Shown: positions 51,891 to 64,000 of the stretch, piece after piece | Position numbering within the stretch: position 1 is the first letter of the stretch | Layout of the letters: every line of letters begins with the position of its first letter | NCBI GenBank assembly: GCA_964658305.1 | Contig: OZ210884.1 | Location: 1,612,001 to 1,676,000, forward strand | DNA from: Leptogorgia sarmentosa | Taxonomy: Eukaryota | Direction of reading: 5' to 3' | DNA length: 64,000 bases | Translations under genes and position numbers: made by a program | The notes under the pieces: model-generated | Databases searched by the model: none | Seen by the model: only the letters and a program-made list of their open reading frames with translations | Told to the model about the DNA's origin: nothing

Positions 51891-54800
51891 TAGTTGCCGC
51901 AAGTTTGCATCACCGCGCTGGTAGCAATGGCGCAGATACTTGTATACCTTGTGTACCTATTTTTAGTTTTTTTGGGAAATTTGTACAATTTTACGAAGGA
52001 ATTTTACATTAATAGACTTCGAAACAGCAAGTCCTTCGGCTTATCGGCCTAGACGAGTAGAAGTATATCGTAGAATGGCGTAGAATTGCCTAGTATTACC
52101 TAAACTTTAACCTCCCAGCGACTGAAAGCTCGCCAGAACTTCTTGTTCGTACTGTTTTGGCCAGAAAAGATTTTACTTCCGCTTTGTCCGCAGGCAATAT
52201 AAGAAAGCTATTCGACAACAAATTTATAATCTTACAAAATTTTCAGATTTGAATTTTTTTGTACTTTCTAAGCATGTGTAAGTCACCTCTATTGCATTGT
52301 ATACATACAGATACTGGAATTTGATAGAGTTTTTTATTAGAGCTCTTATTCGGCGCATAAAACCAGAGATATGGCAATCAAGGTCAAACGACCTGACTGT
52401 CGGGTGCCAATATTGATACGAGGAAAGACCATTTCAAATGTGTGTAGTTCCCTTCAATTTATTTTAACAGGACAAGACAATCGTTCTGTGTATCTCAAAT
52501 ATACGAAGAAATGCCCATGGGAAATATGGCATTCATGAATACAGCATATAATCAATAATATATTTTGTTACCACCAGTTGCGCATGCATGCGCATGTGTT
52601 TTGCGCTGATATTCCATATTCCAAAGACACTCGATAATTATATTTCTACATGCATGGTTGAATATTCTATTTGTAGTAAAGCCCAAAAATTTGCCTTTCA
52701 TTGTTTTGCGGCTACCGGGAAAAATTTTGACAAAGAGATAATTTGTTTCACATTTACTTGTCACTGACAAAATTTTATCTGGCGCTTCAGACGCTGAACA
52801 TTTTTGACTTCTGTTCAAACCTCTTCCTGACGGCGATAAATTAACAACGAAATAAATCAGTTTCGGTTGATATTCAGAGACCTAATGAGTGAACAATAAA
52901 CCGAACAGAAATTTAGGGAAGAAATTTTAGGATGATTATGGAACTGAGAATTCAAATAATAGGTTTAGCGAATGATTAAGTTCAAATCAAAATGCGTACG
53001 TGGAATTGTTCACAACTGAATAATATATCCTATCAAAATGAGTTGATAAGAAAACGTACCTACCATAAACTCTCAAGACTTTTCGTTTTCTGGTACTGTT
53101 GTCCTGCACAAAATGACCGTATCTGTCGCTTCTGGCTCACATTTTATCTTTATGCACAGGAAGAATCCCCTAAATCCCCTAACTAACCGGTTCAACTAGT
53201 TTGTGTTATAAATACTTATAACAAGACGCGCTCTATGACCAATTACTCGCTGGGCTATCAGGTAACATTGAGGCTTATTGTGCGTATTATATAATATTAT
53301 TTTGAGGTATAAAGCGTGTTCAACACCAATTATTCAGAGTCAAATTATATTTCTTTATTTGCTTCAGGCACAGCAGTACACTAAAAGTAGGAGTATAAAT
53401 TATAATGCTGTTTGGCCGTTTGGTGTAATTCTACCGAATATATTTATGAATGTGCCAAAAACCTGTGTTTATACACGATCAAAATTGGAATAGCACGGTA
53501 TATCAGCAAAAATTAACCCTTTAAAGAGATGTTAAAACGCTGGATCAAATAGTTACATTAACATTTACATATAGTTTGCATAGAAGCACAGCAACAGACC
53601 TGAAAATTGGTCAAATTCTGAGTTCTGACGGCATATTTCGGCAACAGATCACTTAATGTCATGCAAGCATTTATCGACAAAACAATGTTCAGACAATGAC
53701 AATCGAGGCCGCAATGAAATAATTATAGCACGATATATGAATTGAATTCACATGTTTGAAAGAGATATTAGAGAGAGCGCTGGGTTACACAACCTGTTTT
53801 CTTTGAAAGAAATAGCTTCAACAGTACAACACCGTCAACACGAGCAACAGGTTCGGCAAGGTCGCAAAGGAAACGCTCGTTACATAATGTGCAAAATGCG
53901 GTAGAGCGCACAATTTCCAAGAATATAATTTATTTCTCGCGTTGACAGAGACGTCATAATTAGTTATAATTATTTACATATAATGCGCTTTCGGTTTGTC
54001 AAAGATTTGTTGTTCGTTGTTCGTTGTTTATTGTTCATTGTTCCCCACATATGGCAATATCCATTATCCCTGATCTCAATAGTTTTCAAAATTCAGATAT
54101 CCAACCTCGCATAACATATTGCATATCTCATATAACATATCTCGTATAATATATCTCGTATAGTATCTCTCATTTAACAGAAGAATGGAAGCGGTGGTAG
54201 TTTTGCTGACGCAGGGAGCAAGCCTGAAGCGAGCGAGCAAGTCAGCAATTCTAATTCGTGCATAGGGGTCTGAATTGAAGATTTTCCTTCCATTTCTCCG
54301 ACCAGAATGCATTGCTGTTGCTGTTATTAGCGGATTAGAATGCTTTGCATTGCATGCACGGTGCTATAAATACCGGAAATCTCATCAGTTAAGAATTTTG
54401 TAGTTTGCATTAGCAATATTCTTTATTTAGGAATGGACCATTAGATAATTGAGGGGGTGGTTGCAGCTTTTTTCCTTGCACGATTTTTTTGTTTGTCAAA
54501 GCAGTTAATTAATCATGTTACGCAGTTGTCTAATAGTGCGGAAATAGTAAACTTGACTTGTCCAGGCAAGCTAAATGTAGGCGCGTCATCGGAAATATTA
54601 GTGACATTCTTTGCTTCCAAATCCCGATAAAGTGAATACGATTAAGTAAATACGATTTTCGAACCTAGGAAGAATGTCATGTACTTTCTCATTAGGTATT
54701 GAAGCAAGGAGATATTTTTATCACAATAGTGTCGATTAAATTCAGAAACAAAGGCCGGATATGTTCGCATGTTTATTGCATGGTAAAAATATACTTACAC

Positions 54801-55162
54801 ATGCGCATGATTAGGGAATTACTGTCAATCATTTATAGGGATATTTCGCGCGGTTGAATATTTATAATGTTACGTCATCAAATTAAACCTTAATTTGTTT
54901 TTAGTTCTCTTTTAATTTGAGTTAGTCCATAAAACCAAATATAAGTGCTTATAGTTTAAACATTTTACCATAGGTCCTAAACTTGTCGACGAAGTGCCGG
55001 GTAGAATGAGCATAAAACTGACTTGAGAAGTGCGACAAAACCCTAAACAAACAGAAAAGGAGAGCTATACATTAAACTTAGCTATAGTCACTATATTCTG
55101 GCAACATGAAGTATTATAATAACAACAACAACAACAACACGACAATAGGCGACTTGCACTAA

Positions 55163-55393
55163 GGGGTCACGTGACCTCTACCGCCTCGTTGGTTAGATGA
55201 CAAGCGCAAAAGAAAAGAATATTTATTTTAATATTTTCTCTTAAAAAAAGTACATTTCTAGTATGAATTCGCTACTAACCTTTCTTCTTTCTCAACAAAT
55301 GAGCCGCCTGAAGGACATTGCACTTGATCGTCCGCCATATTTAAATTTATCGCGCTTGTCATCCGACGTGGCGGTAGAGGTCATGTGACCCCT
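55163..55393. mobile_element. MITE
   Basis: GGGGTCACGTGACCTCTACCGC...GCGGTAGAGGTCATGTGACCCC. Confidence 0.7.
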
Positions 55394-56846
55394 GATTTTT
55401 GATATGCTTTTTATTGAATATATAAATATTATACATTAATTGAAAATATAATGGCAAATTCATCCCCAAGCCACGGGGCGAAGCGCTGTGCGGGCCCGGG
55501 CGAGGGTAATAATTCATAGAGCATAGCTGAGTCGAAAGTCAGTTCGCCGCCATTTTGGGTCAAGGTAGGTTTGGTGGTCATCAGTGATCTCAAAAATATG
55601 GCGGACTGTCCTGAAGGGCGAAAACTAAAGGCTTTCGAAAACGCGAAAACAAAGACGAAAAAAAACTATAAAAGCCAGGAGAAGCGACAATGGATTGCAA
55701 TTCAAGACAAGCGTATGAATTGTTTGCATATAAAATCCTCGCGTATTTATATGAATGGCTGGCTTAGCCGCATCCAATCTTTTCACAGTTGAATTTTAAA
55801 AATTTACGTTGTGTAAATGTAAGACGGCCTTTTTAGTATTTCAAGATACTAGAGAATTTTAGATGTAAAAGAATAGGAGCGAATATTGGCTTAAAATAGT
55901 TTTATTTCAAAGACGAAATTTGTATGAAATAAAAATACAATTTCCTAAATGTAGAATATTTCAAAACGTCTTATGCGAATATTTTTCATCAATGACATTA
56001 GTATGACATATTCTGCAAATTAAAAATATTCTATAAAAACCAGGTTAAAAAATGATATTTTTTGCCGGATTTTTTCATTTTTAAGAAAATATACGGACAA
56101 ATATGAATTGTCGTGTTGTTGTTATGACCATAGGCAGCCCAGAAATGAGCTGTTTTCTTTAGATAACCTGAAATCAATCGATTTTATGCATGATATCCCT
56201 TCTATCGAATGGATGCATCGATAATTTGTCGCGCGATAGTCGGTCAATCTCGGCGACGCTCGGGTACGTAGTGCGATCAGTTATATATATTCCCAAGGTA
56301 GGCAACTAAATGTAAACAAATCATCGCCGTTAACTCACACACTTTGAAAACACACGAATATCTTGTAAACTAACTTCAATTCCACTTCGAATTAAGTAGG
56401 TGAAAAAACCGAGAGTTTTTTGACTTTTTTTCAGCTATCGGGATTTTTTTCAAAAACCTATGCTGGGGTCACTCATCCAGCCAATTCGTCATCTTTTCGT
56501 CTTCGCCTATTGGCTGACACATTTATAGCTTAACTTTCAGCCAATAGGCAAAGACAAAAAATTCAAAAAGATTCAATAAAGTACCAAAAATTAATATCCT
56601 GCGCCTGCACATGCAGTAAATTGAAAGGGGCCAATTCGGCCCCATGGGGCCGTTTTGGCTTGTTAATTGGTTAGCCAATTTGGCCCATCGAGGGGCCAAA
56701 ACAGCAGAGAAGGGCCATTTTGGCAAAGTTTCGGCTGTTTTGGCCAATTCTTTAGAGCTGTTTTGGCTACATCACTAAGCCAAAATGGGTTGAATTCTTT
56801 AATATACTTGAATCGGTTTTTATGTTATATTGTAGTCATCATAATT

Positions 56847-57485
56847 TGCCGCCCCAACGAAGGGCCAAATCAGCACATAGGGGAAATGTAGAAATGTAGC
56901 GTCTGTCGAAACTCGCCATCAACACCTTCAACCCACTGCTCGCAGAAAGATGTGGTCTATTCCATCAAATGTGACCTCTGTCAAGACGACGACGGTTTGT
57001 ACATTGGTGAGACAAGTCGCCCATTAGCTGTACGGTTTCAAAAACACTACCGATCTGCAGCGAATCCCACAGCAAAGTCATATAAGAACATGGCCTTCTC
57101 AAAACATTATAAGACGTGTCATGAGGGTCAAAAGCCAAAGCTTTCTGCAAGAATACTGGAAAAGACAAGCGGTTCGTTGGAGCGAAAAATCACAGAAGCT
57201 GTCCTAATTCAAAAACTTAAACCGGACTTGAATGGACAAATCAATATTGTAGATTTTATAATTTAACTTAAATAGATACTTCATTCTAATTTGTTTTGCT
57301 AATTTAAATTTTTCTCGGACACGTCATCCATGCATGCTCGCGCAAACAACTTGCGCAAGTAAATTGCGAGTGCAACAGTTAAGAAACGGCAATCTTTTTA
57401 CCTGAAGATGGAGTAACACTCCGAAACGTTGTAAACAATAAAATTGTTACATTATTAAGCATTTTTGGTCGTTGTTAATTCCAAG
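56847..57485 (+). mobile_element. 5'-truncated Penelope-like retroelement: GIY-YIG endonuclease end and 3' region
   Basis: VVYSIKCDLC..LYIGETSRPLAVRFQKH..HY..C..ILE..ERKITEAVLIQKLKPDLN, preceded by a Cys-rich linker with a stop; no RT visible. Confidence 0.88.
57397..57435 (+). ncRNA. Minimal type I hammerhead ribozyme of the Penelope-like element
   Basis: TTTAC-CTGAAGA-T-GGAGT aac ACTCC-GAAACGTT-GTAAA: stem I TTTAC/GTAAA, intact core boxes, 5-bp stem II, palindromic AACGTT in place of stem III. Confidence 0.8.
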
Positions 57486-60072
57486 AAATTATAAAAAATG
57501 AGACTTAGAGACAGTTCGATACTAAAACTATTACTATTATGTGAAATCCATATTCCACATGCGACATTAAGTTATATGTGAACTGAAATTTTTTGTATAA
57601 GCGGATTGCGAGATCAGATCTTGTATGCGGTCACTTATGCCTAAGAAAGACAGGCCTACAAATAAAAGCTGCTATACAATATGCTCTTTACAACCAAACT
57701 TTGCAATATTTGTAATTGATTTTTATGATGCGGTTTTTGATTAGTTAAAATCTGGATCAATGATCTTTCCCGACTGTTGATTCCTTTCGTGAAAGGGTAC
57801 ACTTCAGGGTACACTTCAAACCACCAAATGATAAATCATGCATACATTGCATTTCTTTATTGATTAATCCAATAATATTTTCTTTATTTCAGCCTATATC
57901 TTGCTATTGGGACAACAACAGCCTTTCGATTGACAATGTCACCCATAATTATGGAGGAAAAGATAGCCCACAACTATATGCTTATGTAAATCTAAAGGTT
58001 GAATGGAACTCATACTGTATTACTAAGTACCGTACTTAACTTTTTAAAATGCCTATTTCATAAATTGGTTTTTGATAACTGAGTGATTATAAGATTCAGG
58101 CCTATTTATTTACCTCATATAGTAAATATTATGTATATATCTTTTATGCAGTATAATAAAGGTTTTCCTACCAAATATAATATTTATTTTTTAGTAACAT
58201 TTCATTTACATAATATTATATGACTCTCTGCTTGTTGTTAAGCATTTTCTCGTTAACAAAGGGTGAATTTTTCTTCAGGGGCCAAAATGGCCCCATTTAA
58301 TAGGGGCCGTCTCAGGGTCAAAATTTTGGCCCCTTTTTTGGGGCCAAATTGGCCCTTTTTGATTTAATGTGTGTTCGTTCGTTGTCTGTTTAGCTTATAA
58401 TATAACAATTAAACTGGATTGGGGCAGAAATCAAGCAAGACTAGGCTTTCAAAACAAGATCTTTCATTTGTTAATCTTAAAAAAAAACTTATGTATGCAA
58501 CTAAATATTCTCATATTCAGTGTTTAAAACTATAATAAACCTAATAGGAGTTTAATTTAAATTTTACTTCTCGGTCGTTGAAGGTAAACTGCCTACAAAC
58601 GACCGGTCCCTGACGTCTTACCGCTGGTGTAAAAGAAAATGTAAGACTTAGACTTGAGAGAGAAAAGAAACACTTGCTCTTTAAAACGAGTATGGAAATG
58701 CCAAATGAACAGTATATCTAAGATACCGCTGGTCCTCGCACAAGAATTTAGTTAAACAACAAAAAGACAATTAACGTTTTTCGTATGCAGTAACTACTAG
58801 TCTTCTTGTGTGAGCTAGGCTTGCGTTGCCATGCAAGCAATTATTAAATTCACTTGGTATGAATTCCACTTATAACGCCAACAAAATAATATCAAACCAA
58901 GCATACCAAACCAATCAAAATATATATATATTTGGGTGAATATTAACTGAATACTAATTGTATTATTTAACTCGATAGTCTTATTTGTCTTCATAATTGA
59001 CAATATCATACACAATATCTTCATGACTTCTGGTCTTTGTAACCAAGAACGACAAAAAATAATCTGCATAAACGTTTCAAATTATAACGAAATAAGGCGA
59101 GTGTAGTTAAAAAAAAATGAATTTTCAATATGCTATTTCGTTTCAACCAATGCAATTATCTTGATATATATATTGTATGAAATTCCACAGAAAAACAGGC
59201 GTGCTATTAACGTGTTACTACTAGAAATACATATATGCAGCAACCCCTCGCCTTACTGACTAATTAATGCAACTATATTTTTGGAACATGAAGTACTTCG
59301 AAGGCCGCCTGAGGTTGTTGTCATGGAAACACGATCGGAATTCATTATTTCTGTAACTTTTTGAAAACAGTCAAAATATCAGCTTTTATCTTTGTTTTAT
59401 TGGCATTTTTTTTTAATTTCGAGAACCATTTGTTATCCGTACGTTTTAGGACTAATGTAAACTTGAATTTGGTGCGAAATACTACATTTATTTGCATAAA
59501 ACGGTTTAATTAAGTCAGTCTTTGATATGAAACAATTTCCAACCAATGTTCGCTCGTGTTCTTTTGACTTTTGGGGTAAAGTTTGTAAATATTTTGTGAA
59601 GTCCTGCCTTTAAAATGATAAACTTATACTCTGGCCATGAATTGAGCCGTGAATAGATTAAATGCGGCTACGGCGACCTTTCATACAAACAGTAGACTGT
59701 AGATAGTAAATACGCAAAACAAAAGTTCACTGCCGACAAGATATTGACGAACTTATCTTGTGTTTCAATCCGTAGTCGCTTGTTCCCTTTTCTCAGCGTT
59801 TTATATATTCTGAGAAGGCTTTTCAAGTCTTAGAGCGTAGATCTTGTCTTTGTTTTCGCCTTTACAAAGGACCAAAAGCTTAAAAAGTTTCGGCTCGTCA
59901 TGATAGTCCAGCATAATTTTGAGATCAGTGATGACCACCCTTACACGTTTTGCTCTTACACCTTGACCCAAAATGGCCGCCAAATCGAGCAACTTTGGAC
60001 TCGCTATGCGGAATTATTACCCTCGCCCCGGGCTAACGCCCGGACGGCGCTTCGCGCCGTGGCTCGGGGATA

Positions 60073-60695
60073 ACACGTCCCCATGTTCTTACAACAACGC
60101 CGTGTTGTTGCAGATGTCAAACGTGTTGCAAGTGTGTTGTGAACAACACGCCACAACACACTTGCCAACACATCAACGTGTTACGAAAGGACACGGAATT
60201 AGTGAAGGTTTACTAAAACGCGCTACTAACACAGTAAACGTGTTGTGGTCTGATTTGTAACACGCCAGTGTGCAAATGTCTTAGTTTTACAACACGCGTA
60301 ACGTGTTTCTTCAAGAATGTGATAGGACACGCAAGATGTGTTCTATAGGACACGCAACATGTGTACTTCGCAACACGGGTAGTGTGTAGTTTTTGCAACA
60401 CACCAACTTGTCCCCTATATGGACACGCCTGAGAGCAGGTGTGTTTTTAGAGCACGAATGCAGTGTTTTGAAACACACCCGAGCTCGCAACACGCTAAAT
60501 CTATAACACCGCCGTGTTCTTACGGGGTTCCTGGTGTGTTATTAACAACATACACGCCAATATTTTCAGACGTGTCGTTACAGTCGTAACAACACGCTTC
60601 AACAGCAACACGCCTCCTATAACAACACGCCACATTAGCGTGTTGTTATAGGGGACAAAAAGTGTGTTCCTACAACACCCTTGATTTTTTAGTAT
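60073..60695. repeat. AACAC/GTGTT-rich remnant, likely the subterminal region of a DNA transposon
   Basis: Many AACACG/CGTGTT words in both orientations, ending TTTTTTAGTATA. Confidence 0.55.
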
Positions 60696-60920
60696 ACATT
60701 AAATTTTACAACTTAGATAGTTTAGACGTTAACCACATGATATATATTTGTGTGGAAAATTAAAATTACAGAGCTAATTGAGATCATATCAGTTCTACTT
60801 ACGATTTGTCTTAAAATATCACGAACTAAATGAATGTTGAAATAATATACGCGTATACTGTGTTTCTATTGTCCCCCTACATGAAATATTACGTCCAATT
60901 GCTGTTTGAATTAAAGAGTT

Positions 60921-63666
60921 TTAACGAACAAAAATGTACCCCATAGCTCTGACTTCTTTGTCGCCGTTGTCAGGTCTGCAGTAAGCGCTGTTGCCGCAGC
61001 TATTGACTGTGTTAGTTATACCGCAATATTTGCGCTGGCTGGAATCTATCCCACCAAATCCTATGAAGGAATCTGCTGTCTGACAATCGTTCTGGTTGTT
61101 TCCTATAATGCCGATTCGTACCCGGGCATGGTGCTTGTCTTCAGCAGCAACATTAAATCCTTGCCGTGTACAATTTCGTTGAAGGGAAGAATCGTCGTAC
61201 AAAGATTTCCATGTGTTGCGAGGGATGTTAGTTGCGCGAAATTTTCCGTCTGCCAAGATATCGTACAAAGAATTCGCCTTGTAGCTTATTGGAATGAAAC
61301 GAACTGAATTGTTAACTCGCATTCCGACACAGAGCTGAGAGAATGGTGTGCTCCAAAAAGTTGCCAGTTTTGTTTCCATGTGATCCAGTCCTTTTTCTCC
61401 ATCACTTATTGAGTAATTTTTCTTATTGCTCCAGTAAGGAGACGAATAAGAAAATGTTTCCTAAAACAACGCACAGAACCGTCTTATTTTACCGTCTTAT
61501 TTATTCTAAGATTTGCATAGAATGTATAATTGACCCGTGGTTAAAGTGCCTATGGAATGAAATTTTGACGAACGCTACAGTACTGTATGTTGCATTGTTT
61601 GCATTGAAAAGATCTCTTAAAATGACAATATAACTTCTTTTGTATAATTCTTGTAACTATCTTTCTTTTTTGAGATATTTTAATGACTTTATTTTATATG
61701 CCAAGAATACAACGTGTGACGTCACACTGCATAATGATTTCTATGAGATCGCTTTTTTGCAGGGCATAACAATTATATAAAATAGCAAAACTTCATGCGC
61801 ATTCATCTCCATTGCGTTTTGAATTTATTTCAAAAAATGGAAGACACTCATAAAATTATCAACGTTTATAACTTTTAAACTTTCTTAAAATATCAGTGAA
61901 AACTGAAATGCGAGCTTCCGGAATTTCCCTGCCGACGCAATTTGCAGCGTTAAAATGCGTACAACTAACCTTGTTTCCGTTGATTTTCATCACCATTGTC
62001 CACCCACCGCCTGAACATCCGGGTAATGATGTCATACGACAATAAACGTTGGCGAAATTGTTGGGTGTTTCAGCTTTGATACGATAGACACCATTCTGCG
62101 CATGACTGAAGAAAACATTGGTAAACGAAGTTAATTTAATACCGTGATCGAATATAACAGAAAATCGATAGCTATTAATTTTACATAATACAGGGTTGTA
62201 AAAAATACTGAAAAAATGTCCTCTCAAAGTCCCTCTCAGCTTCCCAAAGCGGCTTGAGCGATGCGAATATTTTTGTTTATCTAGATTGCTTGGGTTGATT
62301 TATAATGTCTAATAATTGGAAAAATTGTAATATAATAATTTAATTGTTGACCACCCAGTGGAGGGAAGAAGGGGGGGGGGGTGAATTTGGCAACAGACGA
62401 AAAAGATTTTGCACACGAAATTTGACTCATCAGTAGTGATCCTGAGTTGCTTTAGGGAAAATATGTTCGGTGTTGTACTGCGGTTCAAAATTTCATCGTG
62501 CAATTTCAAGTGTAAGTTCTTCAAAATGTCACGCAAAATTTAACTTTTACAATAATTAGCTTTATGCAGGCTGACTTTACACATTTAGCTGGTTTGCCTA
62601 TGCCTTTACCTAGTTTCATTATCACTAGGAATAAGTAAACCTAGGCCTCGGAGTATAACACCATTTTCATAACGCGACTGCCATTAGTCCTATTATTAGA
62701 GTTTTTTAAACGTTTTGAAAAACAACCAGAAATGTTCTACGCGGCTAAGTCTCGTAGTTAAATAATTATATAAAGTGACTGGAAACCCGATTTGTATACT
62801 GGGTTGGAAAGTTGAGATAAGTTTCGAAGCTAAGCAGATTCAAAACACCCGCAAAATTTGCGCATTACGATATCACATTCACAGCTATTTTCCGCCAACA
62901 CCATCTCCACCATCTTAAGGAAAATGCTCAAGTAAGGTGGAACATTTAATTGAAAATGACTGATTTATCCAGTTCTGGTTTTAGATCAGAAGCAATTAAG
63001 CTACTAAGAAAGTAAGGCATTCGACTTACTGATTTAAAGCCCGCTACAAGTCCTGGAATTCGTGAAAATACTTACTTATTCTCCAGTAAGGCTTGACGGC
63101 ATGAATCGTATACTATATATATTCAAACAAATGATATGTATTAAAACTAGCAAAAATAGGTTTTCCAGTTTAATGCAATAATGATGTCAGCATGACGTCA
63201 CAAAGAGTTTCAAATCTCTTTTACCATTTGTATATCTGAATTTATTTTCTTGTTATTTGAAAGATAAATTAGATGATGATTTTTGGCAAAATGGCCGACC
63301 CCATCTCCATACAGTTCATCGAAAAGTTGAAATCCCTCCCTGTCTCTCTCCCTCCCCTCTTACTACTTTCGCTCTACCTCCTCCCACCTATCATAGCAAA
63401 AAAATGTCACTCCATCAAGATTCTGTCATGCAACATTCATGTAGACTAATTTATTTTCACCTTTATTACAAATTTCTTTTTTTGACAACATTTCGTTTAT
63501 TTGGTCCACCTTGCCATTCAGTTTGGAGATCTGATCTTTCATTGTTGACAAAAAGCTTCTTATCTCGTGAAGTTCGGGTTGGAGCGCACAGTTTTCACCA
63601 GTCGTATTCCGTCGTGTGAGACAGATTTCTTCATCAGTGCCGAGAGAAATTTGGACAGCACTGATG
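60921..63666 (-). CDS. Coral skeletal organic matrix protein 5 (USOMP5)-like protein with a fibrinogen-like start; first exon not located
   Basis: Exons 63666-63461, 63112-63076, 62105-61970, 61460-60921 in frame. Motifs NGVYRI..VYCRMTSLPGCSGGGWTMVMKING, ETKLATFWSTPFSQLCVGM, SSLQRNCTRQGFN, RVRIGIIGNNQNDCQTADSFIGFG and AMGYIFVR. Confidence 0.82.
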
Positions 63667-64000
63667 CTAAAAGTTGATAATTATTCGGAAATTAATTATT
63701 TGCTAACACGATCTTTTACTTCGTTGGAAAATCTTCATGCAGGTGATTCTGGAATGCTAGAAAACATTTTTCCTGCACAGCATTGTATTAGTCCACAATG
63801 TGTGTTGTTGTCGAAGTAGCTACACTGACATCATCATACAAGACCTTTCCCCTTTCAGACGAACTTTTGAATTAAGAAATATTTCATTACTGGACATTAG
63901 CAAAAACAGCATCATAGCTAAAATAATTTAATAAAACCGTGAACCGTGAAAACAATATATGGTAAACGTTTTGAAATACAGGCATTTGAATTTTGCTAAT

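Larger units (their letters stand above)
56608..58373. mobile_element. Old TIR element with GGGGCCAA/TTGGCCCC subterminal repeats, host of the Penelope insertion
   Basis: Left CACATGCAGTAAATTGAAAGGGGCCAATTCGGCCCC; right GGGGCCAAATTGGCCCTTTTTGATTTAATGTGTG. Confidence 0.65.

Noticed and set aside
51383..51988. Several overlapping ORFs on both strands
   Set aside because: They coincide with a MITE made of short internal repeats.
59337..59350. X-box-like GTTGTCATGGAAAC (and a weaker one at about 20011)
   Set aside because: Not near any identifiable gene start.
48261..60072. Inverted repeat copies as TIRs of one 11.8-kb transposon
   Set aside because: No TSD, a third copy lies between them, and the span includes the first coding exon of a host gene.

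Overview
AT-rich, intron-containing eukaryotic DNA. Gene content and repeat landscape point to an anthozoan cnidarian, probably a coral or octocoral (inference). I assembled seven spliced genes by hand: the 3' end of an ABCB/P-glycoprotein transporter with a 1-nt frameshift, a TMEM53/DUF829 gene, SYCP3, a 21-exon DNAI7 (CASC1), ETFRF1 (LYRM5), an uncharacterised secreted protein, and the 3' part of a coral USOMP5-like gene. The secreted protein combines Arg/Ser-rich repeats from tandemly duplicated 72-nt exons with a His/His/Cys permuted papain-like domain. Introns and intergenic DNA are dense with MITEs, including nested elements and a set with CAC..GTG ends and 7-bp TSDs. There are also two tandem-repeat arrays, a 5'-truncated Penelope-like element with a minimal hammerhead ribozyme, and a probable decayed Maverick/Polinton remnant. 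The highlights are the secreted cationic-repeat protein and the head-to-head DNAI7-ETFRF1 pair, which mirrors the human arrangement. Coordinates were read by eye and no database searches were run.
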